Shown piece by piece: positions 12,349 through 24,293 of a stretch of DNA of 64,000 bases. The stretch comes from Paraspadella gotoi (lineage: Eukaryota; Animalia; Chaetognatha), in assembly GCA_051294375.1 (NCBI GenBank), contig CM119264.1, forward strand, positions 27,922,981 through 27,986,980, given 5' to 3'. The position numbers and the translations under genes were made by a program. The notes below the pieces were generated by a model. That model had not been told where the DNA came from. It made no database searches and was given only the letters and a program-made list of their open reading frames with translations. Each line of letters opens with the position of its first letter. The stretch's first letter is position 1.

Positions 12349-12753
12349 CACACCGAGATTGGAGTCAGGAGAGAAGCTCACAAGTTGGAGGAGAGATTGA
12401 ATTTTATGAGGTTCACATAAGAAGAAGACCCTCAATTTCAAGGGAAGACTCTGATAGTAAACACCGAGTCAATCTCCTCCAGTCTTCAGCCGCTCTTTCT
12501 TTTTATCTTAATACCTTCTATCCGGTCCTACTTCTTCCCTTTCTTTTTATCTTAATAGTTTACTTTAAAATTGCCCTTTTTTTGGCCTATTCTTCAATCC
12601 TTATCTTTTCTTCTCTTACCTAAATTTCGACGCTCCTTTCATCTTCGTTTTTCTTTCTTTGAATCAATATAGTTTTTGTATCAATGGCTAATTTAGTCTA
12701 GACTTGAACAAGAAATAAAATAAAATAAATGAAAATACCCCGTCCCACCACAG

Positions 12754-12964
12754 CGACAAAGTCCCCGAACTCTGGATGTACCTTATCGTCCGTGGCGACT
12801 CACTCACCCTCAAACGCAACATCCTGGTGAGTCTCGAGTTCCACCAAAACTCGTTTGTCCGGATGTAACTTCTTCGCCCGTCGGATTTCAAACTTACCAC
12901 ATCTCCTGCAACATCGTGAGTCATCCGCAGATGCCGAGAGAGAACATCACCTGGGAGTTTTTGG
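12754..12964 (+). pseudogene. inverted, frameshifted copy of exon 9758-9969
   Basis: Reverse complement of the exon with both splice sites retained, 211 nt (gagttccacc vs gagttcccacc, 1-nt deletion). Antisense to the host gene and part of the large inverted duplication. Confidence 0.8.
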
Positions 12965-14022
12965 GTAAGTTTAGCCGGTGGCGGCAATGGGCAGTTTTGA
13001 TGTTGTCTGTGCTGGTGCTGTTCCTTGTTTTTGGTGTTTGGAATGTGTTCACTCCTTACTGCGAAAAGCTTCGGTTTAACTTAACCTATAATCGCCCTTA
13101 CCTTTCCTTTGATTCCGCTGCCATTGCTGAAAGCCTGAAACATAATTTTCATCTACCTTCAACATTTATGAATCGTTGCCGTCGTCGTCTTGGTCGTCAT
13201 TGCTCTTTTCGTCGTCGCTATCATCGTTGTCATCATCAACCGTCGTTCTCGCCTTCCGTTAATATCGTCGACTTCGTAATCATCATCATTTTTGTCATCA
13301 TTGCCAGAGTTTTCCTCTTTGCCATCTTTGCCATTGTCTACATTGTTGTCACCATTAACATTGTTAACAACCGTAAAAATTATAAACTGTCAAAATGGCC
13401 ATTTTTCTCATTATCGTCATAGTTGCTATCATCGTCGTCACCATTGTTATATTTGTCATTGTCATCATCATCGAGACAATCGTCATTTTCGTCGTTGTCA
13501 TCGTCGTTACCGTCGTCGTCGCCATTGTCGTTGTCGCCATCGGTCGTCGTCGTCATCGTCTTCATCGATTAGCGACGATAAATTCACCGTCACTCAACAA
13601 TGAATCTTGAACGAAGGTTGAAGGAGAGAAAATCGTGGATTGTGAATTTATTGTAAATCGTGAATTATGAATCGTTAAAAAGGGAAGGGTCACGTGACGA
13701 GTGAATTATTGATTTCACGGCGAAGACGAGATGAGGGGAGCGCCGTGAAAGGAAGGAAGGAGGAAGGAAGGGGGAAGACGACGACGACGACGACGACGAC
13801 GACAATGAAGATGACTTTCAATAAAACGACTAATATGCATTAAATTAAATAATCTTAAAAAGACATAGTGAAGGAACAGAGAGCAGGAATGAGGAGCAGA
13901 GATGATCGCATCAACAACGAGAAAGAGAAAGACCTCGCCAGTTTTCATGGCAACTAATTAATTTGTTGTTTTCATAATCCGTTTTTTTCCTTTGTTTTTT
14001 TTTCCTTCCTTCTTTTTTTTTT

Positions 14023-14221
14023 TACATCTGAAAGAAAAAAAATGGGGGGGAGAGAAAACGGACGGACGGACCGACCGACCGACCGACCGACTTTAACGAC
14101 GAACGATCACTTCGCTCATTAATTACGCCAAACGTCTTAATTTTCTCGAACGAGAGGGAAAAAAAAATATGGTGATCAATCATGAGAAAGTCTTATTCCG
14201 AAAAGAGCTTAAAGACCAAAA

Positions 14222-14256
<35 letters not shown>

Positions 14257-14293
14257 NNNNNNNNNNNNNNNNNNNNNNNNNGTGGAGAAAAGA

Positions 14294-14366
<73 letters not shown>

Positions 14367-14566
14367 TTTTGGTCTTTAAGCTCTTTTCGGAATAAGACTT
14401 TCTCATGATTGATCACCATATTTTTTTTTCCCTCTCGTTCGAGAAAATTAAGACGTTTGGCGTAATTAATGAGCGAAGTGATCGTTCGTCGTTAAAGTCG
14501 GTCGGTCGGTCGGTCGCGTCCGTCGTCGTTTTCTCTCCCCCCCCATTTTTTTTCTTTTCAGATGTA
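14023..14566. repeat. small palindrome centred on (TC)n-25N-(GA)n
   Basis: 14023-14256 is the reverse complement of about 14330-14566; 25-N gap at 14257-14281. Confidence 0.9.
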
Positions 14567-15184
14567 ATTTCCAATTTTCACAGAAAACAACTTTATTCGC
14601 GACGTCGCGTCCGTCCGTCCGTCCGTCCGTCCGTCCGTCCGTCCATCCGTCCGTCCGTCCGTCCGTCCGTCCTCGTCCGTCCGTCCATTCCGTCCGTCCG
14701 TCCGTCCGTCCGTCCGTCCGTCCGTTCCGTCCGTCCGTCCGTCCGCCGTCGCAATAAAGTTGTTTTCTGTGAAAATTGGAAATTACATCTGAAAGAAAAA
14801 AAATGGGGGGGAGAGAAAACGGAGAGAAATGGTCATTAATTAAGGGGAAGATGATCCGAGTGGTAACCCAAATAAAACTTGTTTTCAAACGCATTTCAAA
14901 CGCAACGAATCGAAAACTAATACACAATGAATTAAGTGAAAACAATTAGTCCGTTAGTATGTATATAACAACTGGTCGTTGGTCGTTGAAGATGTATGTC
15001 AAAGTATTTTCTTGACGGTTAAACTTGCCTTTCATGTTCTCTCGAGATTCCCACGGGTCGATTTTGCGATCAAATTCTCCATAACGAAGTCGAATTAAGG
15101 GGGAAATGTCCCGTCAGAAGGAGCTCCTTGAACTTAAGGGGCCCGCCCTTTTTACAAGGGAAACTGAAGAATGGGGGAGAGAGT

Positions 15185-15250
<66 letters not shown>

Positions 15251-15324
15251 AGAAAAGGAAAAGAGAGAGAGAAAAAGTTTAGAAAAAGAAAAGAAAGAGA
15301 AAGAGAAAGTAAGAAAAGTAAGAA

Positions 15325-15398
<74 letters not shown>

Positions 15399-15552
15399 GA
15401 GAAAGAAAGATAGAGAGAGAGTGAAGAAAGCGAAAAGTTGTAAGGGCGACGCTTTAAGTTCACGAAGCGTGAAATTCCATCCTCGACGATTTTTTTTCTT
15501 CACGAAGACGAAAAAAAAACGTGTTAAGTACCTAGACATAGATTAGTCTTTC

Positions 15553-15643
<91 letters not shown>

Positions 15644-17320
15644 CACACCGAGATTGGAGTCAGGAGAGAAGCTCACAAGTTGGAGGAGAGATTGAATTTT
15701 AATGAGGTTCACATAAGAAGAAGACCCTCAATTTCAAGGGAAGACTCTGATAGTAAACACCGAGTCAATCTCCTCCAGTCTTCAGCCGCTCTTTCTTTTT
15801 ATCTTAATACCTTCTATCCGGTCCTACTTCTTCCCTTTCTTTTTATCTTAATAGTTTACTTTAAAATTGCCCTTTTTTTGGCCTATTCTTCAATCCTTAT
15901 CTTTTCTTCTCTTACCTAAATTTCGACGCTCCTTTCATCTTCGTTTTTCTTTCTTTGAATCAATATAGTTTTTGTATCAATGGCTAATTTAGTCTAGACT
16001 TGAACAAGAAATAAAATAAAATAAATGAAAATACCCCGTCCCACCACAGCGACAAAGTCCCCGAACTCTGGATGTACCTTATCGTCCGTGGCGACTCACT
16101 CACCCTCAAACGCAACATCCTGGTGAGTCTCGAGTTCCACCAAAACTCGTTTGTCCGGATGTAACTTCTTCGCCCGTCGGATTTCAAACTTACCACATCT
16201 CCTGCAACATCGTGAGTCATCCGCAGATGCCGAGAGAGAACATCACCTGGGAGTTTTTGGGTAAGTTTAGCCGGTGGCGGCAATGGGCAGTTTTGATGTT
16301 GTCTGTGCTGGTGCTGTTCCTTGTTTTTGGTGTTTGGAATGTGTTCACTCCTTACTGTCGAAAAGCTTCGGTTTAACTTAACCTATAATCGCCCTTACCT
16401 TTCCTTTGATTCCGCTGCCATTGCTGAAAGCCTGAAACATAATTTTCATCTACCTTCAACATTTATGAATCGTTGCCGTCGTCGTCTTGGTCGTCATTGC
16501 TCTTTTCGTCGTCGCTATCATCGTTGTCATCATCAACCGTCGTTCTCGCCTTCCGTTAATATCGTCGACTTCGTAATCATCATCATTTTTGTCATCATTG
16601 CCAGAGTTTTCCTCTTTGCCATCTTTGCCATTGTCTACATTGTTGTCACCATTAACATTGTTAACAACCGTAAAAATTATAAACTGTCAAAATGGCCATT
16701 TTTCTCATTATCGTCATAGTTGCTATCATCGTCGTCACCATTGTTATATTTGTCATTGTCATCATCATCGAGACAATCGTCATTTTCGTCGTTGTCATCG
16801 TCGTTACCGTCGTCGTCGCCATTGTCGTTGTCGCCATCGGTCGTCGTCGTCATCGTCTTCATCGATTAGCGACGATAAATTCACCGTCACTCAACAATGA
16901 ATCTTGAACGAAGGTTGAAGGAGAGAAAATCGTGGATTGTGAATTTATTGTAAATCGTGAATTATGAATCGTTAAAAAGGGAAGGGTCACGTGACGAGTG
17001 AATTATTGATTTCACGGCGAAGACGAGATGAGGGGAGCGCCGTGAAAGGAAGGAAGGAGGAAGGAAGGGGGAAGACGACGACGACGACGACGACGACGAC
17101 AATGAAGATGACTTTCAATAAAACGACTAATATGCATTAAATTAAATAATCTTAAAAAGACATAGTGAAGGAACAGAGAGCAGGAATGAGGAGCAGAGAT
17201 GATCGCATCAACAACGAGAAAGAGAAAGACCTCGCCAGTTTTCATGGCAACTAATTAATTTGTTGTTTTCATAATCCGTTTTTTTCCTTTGTTTTTTTTT
17301 CCTTCCTTCTTTTTTTTTTC
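14528..17320 (+). repeat. direct copy of about 11210-14023
   Basis: Near-identical at an offset of about 3296 bp, and shares the same differences from the 8712-11309 arm. Confidence 0.9.
16050..16260 (+). pseudogene. second inverted, frameshifted copy of exon 9758-9969
   Basis: Same sequence as 12754-12964 including the same 1-nt deletion, offset 3296 bp. Confidence 0.8.
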
Positions 17321-17864
17321 TCAACGGCTTTTTGCCCGCCCCTAGATAACGAGAGAGTTCAAGGTCGTCACGCTTGGACAGATTTTCTTTCTTCACCTTT
17401 CGCCATCTTTTTTTTTCATCTTTGTCTCTTCATTCTCATTTTCAAAATTTAGCAACCTTCTTGCTTTTTCTGTAGGTATTCTTTTTAGTAACTTTTGTTG
17501 CAGCATTTTGTTTTATTTTTTTCCATTGTGTGTTTTAATCATAGGGTTATTGCATAAAATTCCTTTAGCTCAAAACTTTCTTAGACCATTTATCTTCAAC
17601 TGAGCCTTTTCTTCTCTTATGTCTTAACTTCATTTTTAGCCTTTTTTTTAGGCTCGTTTCATTAATGAGTCCTTTGGCTTCATCCTATGAAAGCAGTTAC
17701 ACCAATAAAGAATTATATATCCATTCATTCAATAAACAAGCAATCTTGTTTCCTGACTTTGGACAATGGACATTGGACAGGCTATAAAAGTTAAAGGCCT
17801 CCATTCCTCTTCCAAGAGAATAAAATAACCCTGCAAGCTTTCCTTTAGTTTTATCCGCCACTTT

Positions 17865-17945
17865 TTAAACCATTTCATAACTCTTTAAACCATTTCACAA
17901 CTCTGTAAACCATTTCACAACTCATTAAATCATTTCACAACTCTC
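17865..17945. repeat. minisatellite, unit about 21 bp, 4 copies
   Basis: aaaccatttcacaactct-type units in tandem. Confidence 0.8.
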
Positions 17946-17958
17946 CACTCTCCCTCAC

Positions 17959-18174
17959 CTCAGCAACTTCTTGTCGACCCGTATAACGACGGTGTCGCCA
18001 TCCAGCGACATCCACTTGGCGGGATTCCGCGGGGTGTTGGGGGCGCGTCGCCCGGACGTGACGTTGAAGAATCCCCACGTGAAGTTTGTGACGGGCGGCG
18101 CCGGATTGGCCTGCACTCGGCACCGCACGTGGTAGAACTCTGCAGCGCCGGAGGAGGAGGTCTTTTTGCGGGAT
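17959..18174 (-). CDS. Ig-superfamily membrane protein exon (Ig3)
   Basis: ttccAG acceptor, GAG|GTGAGG donor, 216 nt, phase 2-2. Translates SRKKTSSSGAAEFYHVRCRVQANPAPPVTNFTWGFFNVTSGRRAPNTPRNPAKWMSLDGDTVVIRVDKKLL (C.v.ANP......W). Not present in this frame in the supplied ORF track. Confidence 0.92.
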
Positions 18175-18528
18175 CTGGAAGAGGGGGTGGCGGATGGGGT
18201 GGGGAAGGCGCGTGAGAGGGATTTGGTGGAGCGGAAGGGGTTAGGAGATTGGAATCTTTATCTCGTTTTTAACAAACTACTATAATAAACTACACTATAT
18301 TTTTTTTAACATAAATGTAACTTTAATATCCTATACTGAATAATATACCCCAATCAGTCACCTTTACCCTTGCGCTAATTCACCTTATCATGAAACTCAA
18401 ACTTTTTTAAATTTAAACTAAAAATAGGAGCATATAAAAAAAATATATGCTAATTATTTTGATAATTGTTACATTAATATTTGTATACTTTTTTCCTTCA
18501 TTGACTTATTTTTACTATAAATTAACCT

Positions 18529-18597
<69 letters not shown>

Positions 18598-18605
18598 CCT
18601 CTCAC

Positions 18606-18820
18606 TTCTTCTTCCTCTTGTCCTCCTTAAAAGACTGGACTTCGGAGCAATCGGTGAACTTGGGTCCAAACTTGACGTCCATTGATTCGTATCCGCACTT
18701 TGGCGCCGTCGCCGTCAGATTGGCGCCGAATTCCGAGGAGTAGGCGAGGGAGCAGAAGAGTGAACGTCCGTTGTCTCGATGAGAGGGAAGGAGAGAGACC
18801 GTGGCCACGCTTTTGTTGCC
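18606..18820 (-). CDS. Ig-superfamily membrane protein exon (second half of Ig2, start of Ig3)
   Basis: cttccccAG acceptor, GTGAGA donor, 215 nt, phase 0-2. Translates GNKSVATVSLLPSHRDNGRSLFCSLAYSSEFGANLTATAPKCGYESMDVKFGPKFTDCSEVQSFKEDKRKK. 'l.P...DNG..l.C' is typical of CD80-like C2-set domains as in Kirrel/nephrin/nectin-type proteins. Confidence 0.92.
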
Positions 18821-19153
18821 CTGGGGAAGAAGAGGAGCGAGTCGACTTAGATGCTTGTAGCTTAGCATATCGAATTATTTTTCTATGTTTCATAAAAGAT
18901 TGTTAGTCCTATAACACTAAATTCGTCCTATTTATATTATTAAAAAGCAAAGGAAAAGTAAGTACTTAATTTGTAAAGAAACTTTTGTACGTTGCTGCAT
19001 AATACATAAATAGAAAGACTATTCTCTTGAGCTTGTTTTAATCAGCACATTAAATGAAGAAAAATCATTTTGGATAATGGAATCTGATGGCAAATAATAA
19101 AAAAAAACAATATTACCTATGTTCTCAACAAAAATATCTAAACTGTTAAACTA

Positions 19154-19525
19154 CAGACCTGTGCAAAAAAATAGACACCCAAAAACATTATGTGAATAAA
19201 TCAAGTAAGATTTGGTTAAAATGAAAAATATTTTAAATTGTTAATTTTTATAGAAAAAGGAACTATTGGTATAAATTTGGTTAATATGTTAAAAATGTTA
19301 AACATTATTGTCATTTGTTATATATTAATAAATATTTAAAAGTTTCAGTGTAACAACTCAATGAACTAATTCAAAAAGTTGCATTGAAAATCGATTTAGC
19401 AGTAAGGAAACTTTTTTTGTTGAGAGAACTAGATGTTATAAAAAGTGTTAAGTTTTGGATCGCTTTAGTGGGTAAAAAAGTGCAATTTAAGATTGAAGAC
19501 TGTCTTCTTTTTTTGCACAGAACTG
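19154..19525. mobile_element. Tc1/mariner-like MITE (372 bp, intronic)
   Basis: TIRs CAGACCTGTGCAAAAAAATAGACA and TGTCTTCTTTTTTTGCACAGAACTG. TA on the left flank, AA on the right (degraded TA). AT-rich non-coding interior. Confidence 0.72.
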
Positions 19526-19634
19526 AATTGCGCTTTTCGTTTCTACACTAAGGGAAGTTAATGAGATACGGGAATGAAAGTAATAACGAGTCGGAATACC
19601 TAAGCCAAATATCGGAAACAGATTATGACGTCTC

Positions 19635-19689
<55 letters not shown>

Positions 19690-19771
19690 GCCTCGTTCCA
19701 TGTTCCGCCCACAGAAACATTCCATTTCTCGATTTTCCTAATTCTTTTGCACCGACTCCCCTTTTCCTAAC

Positions 19772-19831
19772 CTTACGCAAATCGCCCACCATTGCATTCA
19801 CCAGAGGGAAAGTTGCGTATGAAAATTCTAA
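19772..19831 (-). CDS. candidate 60-nt cassette exon within Ig2
   Basis: gccAG acceptor and AAG|GTTAGG donor, phase 0-0 matching both neighbours, no stop (LEFSYATFPLVNAMVGDLRK). Not required for the reading frame. Confidence 0.4.
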
Positions 19832-20263
19832 CTGGCATAAACAATATTCCAGCAATGGACATTAATTCATTAAAATAATTAATATAATTTTTGCAGTGGG
19901 CTATATTAAGATAGTGTCAACTATTAAGTATTTCTTTTTGAAGAGAGAACAAAGTTTATTTGTTTGCAAACAAAGGAATAAAAACCCGGCAACTTTGTTT
20001 TCTCTTCAATGTCTATAAACATAACGATATAAAATTTTTAAATTATAAAATAATTTTTTCATATTTTTTATGGCAGATTTAAAATTTACAAAAAAGTTAT
20101 TTCTTTAAAATTGTTAAACCGATAATACAATTTTTACATACAGTAATGTTCATTAGTACAATATTCTTCATTATTTACTTTCAGAATTTCGATTAAAATA
20201 AAATCTATATTTTTCACTCCGCCTTACTTTCCACCCCACCCTCTCGTTCTTCTACGACCTCAC

Positions 20264-20458
20264 CTTGAAATAACTCCTGACGTTGGTAAGTTCCGTCTCG
20301 TCGTCGTATCTCCATACGAGGGCGGGTCTGTATCCTCCGACGGCCTTGACCTCGCAGGTCAGCGTGGCGTTGCGGTTCTCCTGCAGAGCGCGCGGCGCCA
20401 CGCAACGCGGAGCCGAGATCACCGTCAATCGGACCACCAGCACCCGAGACGCGATGCA
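20264..20458 (-). CDS. Ig-superfamily membrane protein exon (end of Ig1, first half of Ig2)
   Basis: ccgcAG acceptor, AAG|GTGAGG donor, 195 nt, phase 0-0. Translates CIASRVLVVRLTVISAPRCVAPRALQENRNATLTCEVKAVGGYRPALVWRYDDETELTNVRSYFK (L-T-C ... P.l.W). Confidence 0.93.
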
Positions 20459-21332
20459 CTGCGGAGGGTAAGTAATTTGAATAAATAATTAAATATTTAT
20501 TTATAAATAAATGACTATGAAAACAAATAAATAAATATGGATTAGTAGCTAAGTGGGCTGAAGAGTGCTATCAGCTATCTAGTAGTCTGTGGCTCATAGA
20601 ACGGGGTCCTTGGCTAGAGGGTTTTCCACTACCCCAAGGCCGTCCTCGACCCTCCCTCAGAGTGTACACTATCTGGGACTGATCCCGATGCTTAAGGGTC
20701 ATAAGCTGCTGGCTTAACTCAATGACAATGACCCACAGGGGTGACCTTTAATCAATACCCGACTACATAAATATAAAATATATAACTAAATAAATGAATA
20801 TGTAATTATTAAACTCCACCAAACTTAGCCTGGAATGTTTAATTCGATATTCAATAGTTTTCCCATTAGCGTCTTTTTATTAATGGACTCACTCGACACT
20901 CGCCGTTCGTCATGGGTTCCACTTTGTAGTGTGAAAGTAATAATCATGGTGATAACTGGATCCTGACTAATTAGTAATTACATAATTTCATTTGCTTTGG
21001 TTTCCCCGCTGATTTATCCCGTAACTGATGCAGCGAATGACAATTTTAAAAATTATCTGTTACAGCCCGTATCGTTCTCATTACATTTTTATTTTCCCAA
21101 GAGTAAAAGCGTATTTTAAACCCCAGTGTACAAAAGATCACTCTGTATATTCACGTGCGTTATTTGAATTAGATTGCAGGGCGTATTAAATTTAATCGAC
21201 GTATCACACCGACCGCGTTTCTCAAAGACGCCATCTATATCGCCTGTTCTAACGCGGTACAAAGGTAATTTACCCACCGTGTATCATCGATCGGTAGCGA
21301 CTTTTTATCTCAATACACTGCATTGTACTCAC

Positions 21333-21502
21333 CTTGTAAAGGCCGCCGTCGGCGAAATCGACCCGGCGAAGAATGAGAAGGTAAGTTTCAGTGTCGCGGT
21401 AAGAGGTAAGGGTAGTTGAGGAGGAAGAGGAAGAGGAGGAGGAGGTGGAGATGACGGAAAATTTTGGGGAGGAGGCGGTGAGAGATCCGACGGGCGAGGG
21501 TT
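21333..21502 (-). CDS. Ig-superfamily membrane protein exon (Ig domain 1, E/F strands)
   Basis: ttcAG acceptor, AAG|GTGAGT donor, 170 nt, phase 1-0. Translates EPSPVGSLTASSPKFSVISTSSSSSSSSSTTLTSYRDTETYLLILRRVDFADGGLYK. The D-x-G-x-Y-x-C motif is completed by the Cys that begins the next exon. Confidence 0.92.
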
Positions 21503-22191
21503 CTGAATTAAAAGGGGAGAAAAGGGGAAGTTTCATTTACATTTAATTTTCTTATTATGAAGTAATTTCTTTGTACAAGGCCAAGTGTTTTTTTTTTTTT
21601 ATTTCTTTTATTTCTTTCTTTTTTCTTCAATTTATTTTTCACCCTTCATCTATTTCTTATTACGAACACTGGACAATTGGAGATTTCCTTTCTTCCTTCT
21701 TTCCTTTCTTCCTCCCTTCGTTATATCCTTCCTTTCTTTCTTATTGGTTCCTTTCTTCCTTCCCTTCCCTTCCTTTACCTTTTTCTTCTCCTGCCCTTCC
21801 CTTCCTTTCCTTTCATTCTCCTCCCTAACTTCCCTTCCTTCCTACCTCACTTCTCGTTCCCTCCCTTCCCTTCCCTTTCTTCGCTTCCCTTCGCTTCCCC
21901 TCCCTCCCCTACAGCTCCCTTTCCTTCCTTTCTCTTCCATTCATCCCTTCCCTTTCCCTTCCCTCCCCTTTGCTTCCCCTTCCTTTTATAACCTTCCCTC
22001 TCCTCCCTTTCCCTTCCCCTTCCCTTCCTCCTTCCTCTCCCTCCCCTAACCTTCCCTCTCCTCCCTTCCCCTTCCCCCCCTTCCCATCCTCTCCCTCACT
22101 CCCCTAACCTTTTCCTCTCATCCCCTCTCCTCATGTTCCCTTCCCCTTCCCCTTCCCCTCTATGCCCTCCCCTTCCCCTCTCCCCTCTCAC

Positions 22192-22326
22192 CGTTCTCTC
22201 CCATAGTTCGCTTCCCGTTCGTAGTGATGATCCCGTACTTTCCCGTGTTGAGACTTTTGTCGTAAAGATCCTGACCAAATGTGAGCATTTTGTTGTCGGT
22301 CAGTCGCATCCAGATGGCGGGCCGAC
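22192..22326 (-). CDS. Ig-superfamily membrane protein, first identifiable exon (Ig domain 1, C-strand Trp region)
   Basis: Polypyrimidine tract + ctacAG acceptor, GTGAGA donor, 135 nt, phase 1-1. Translates RPAIWMRLTDNKMLTFGQDLYDKSLNTGKYGIITTNGKRTMGEN, a V/I-set-like 'W.R..d...LT.G' pattern. The upstream exon with the first Cys and the signal peptide was not located. Confidence 0.85.
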
Positions 22327-23452
22327 CTGTAGGGAGGAGGAGGAGGGGGAGGAGGAGGAGGAGGAGTGTTTAAGAAAAGGAGAGGGAACAAAATGAGAAA
22401 ATAACTTATGAGCACCTTTTATAAAATTGGTTACAAGCAATGGCCAAGGCCCCGCAAGCTTTCAATTAGTCTAGTTTATTAAATCCAAAAGTACCTGGCT
22501 TCCCTATCAATGAAGTGGATTTACGTTTTTATGAACTGTTTCAATTGTATGAAAAGACCACTTACTTAAGTATGAGAACGGGTAATACTATACTTTGTAC
22601 ACTAAGGCGGAACAAGGTAAAAACTAACAATTCTGTAATATAGTAAATAACATAAGAGTATACCTCCCAGAGATAACGATATTTAATCAAATTTAAAGAT
22701 TTTATGTATAGTTAATAACATAGAATCATTTAAAGTTTATCGTATTGCTATAAACCATTCAAAAATTTGTGCTCCGTAGCTACAGTACTAACAAGGTACT
22801 GACTGATTTAAAATAGATTCAACCATATCTGACTAACTGATATTAGTCTATCCAGGCGACCAATGATCCATAAGTACATCCGTCTATTTGTCTATGCTTA
22901 TGCACTATGCAGTTGTCCATCTATCCATCCATACCTCCCCTCCCCTCCTCCATCCCTCCATCCATCCATCCATCCATCCATCCATCNNNNNNNNNNNNNN
23001 NNNNNNNNNNNNNNNNNNNNNNNNNNNNNNNNNNNNNNNNNNNNNNNNNNNNNNNNNNNNNNNNNNNNNNNNNNNNNNNNNNNNNNNNNNNNNNNNNNNN
23101 NNNNNNNNNNNNNNNNNNNNNNNNNNNNNNNNNNNNNNNNNNNNNNNNNNNNNNNNNNNNNNNNNNNNNNNNNNNNNNNNNNNNNNNNNNNNNNNNNNNN
23201 NNNNNNNNNNNNNNNNNNNNNNNNNNNNNNNNNNNNNNNNNNNNNNNNNNNNNNNGGGGAAAGGAAAGTGGGGTAAAGTTTGATGGGGTTTATGTGATGG
23301 AGTGATGGGGTGATAAAACGATGGAGAAAGGGTTATGATGAGGGAGAAAAGAGAAAATTTGGAAGAAAGAAAAATCGTGAAATGGGAGAAAATGGCGAGA
23401 AAATGGTTGCTAAGGAGAATATGAATAATGAATATGAATTAACGAGAAAAAA

Positions 23453-23569
<117 letters not shown>

Positions 23570-23639
23570 AGAAAAAGCGAGAGTGCGACAGTTGACGTTA
23601 GGAGAGAACGAGAGAAATTTCTTTGAGGCCGAAAAAGCG

Positions 23640-23800
23640 CGACCCGTCGACTTTTCGTAACCCGACGGGGCTACGGACGCAGCCCATGCCAACCAATCCA
23701 CCGACGCCACCTACGCCACCTACGCCACGCCCATTCGGACGGCGTCGCTGATAAAGTGACGTTGGTTGACGGAACGCCGTTAGGGGGCAAAGAGTCGAGA
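23640..23800. promoter_or_regulatory. CpG-rich promoter/enhancer-like patch upstream of the first mapped Ig exon
   Basis: CCAAT, tandem cgccaccta repeats ending in CCACGCCC, GATAA and TGACGT motifs within about 160 bp. Confidence 0.3.
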
Positions 23801-24262
23801 GAGACCGAAGGTCGTTTGTACAGAATCAAGTTTTGAATAGAAGTTGGGAGTCGAGTGTTGAGTGAGACGAAATGCTTGTTTAGGCAGATTAAGTACTAAT
23901 AATACTACTAATAAGTAGTATCGTTCGTCAAAATGGTATTTTGTGGATGGAAATTGTATTTCATTGTAGAAATAGTAATTAGACAACATCGTGGGAAGAA
24001 AAATAGAAAATAGAAAAATAAAAAGGTGATAAAAATCGTGAGAAATCTTTATAAATTTTGACAAATATTTATATTTTGAGAGAAAACCTGTTAATGAAAC
24101 AAACGCTGATGAAGGCTTAAAGGCAAGAGCCGAAACATGTCCCAATTGTGAATAAAAATCGTTGTTTACAAACAAACAAACTTTGTTTTCTCTAGACAAA
24201 TATTTATAAAACTTGTCCGACCTTCATTAGAATTTTAAGATAAAATACTTATTATTTATAAT

Positions 24263-24293
<31 letters not shown>

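Larger units (their letters stand above)
8712..14023. repeat. large palindrome (arms of about 2.6 kb around a (CCGT)n loop); probable assembly artefact
   Basis: 8712-11309 is the reverse complement of about 11450-14023. The loop 11310-11450 is (ccgt)n. A 25-N gap lies at 11247-11271 near the centre. Confidence 0.9.

Noticed and set aside
10283-12441. ER/SL dipeptide ORFs here and throughout the window
   Set aside because: (AG)n microsatellite translations.
20893-20962. Possible extra minus-strand exon with cag acceptor and GTGAGT donor
   Set aside because: 70 nt; it would shift the frame and split the D-x-G-x-Y-x-C motif formed by the neighbouring exons.
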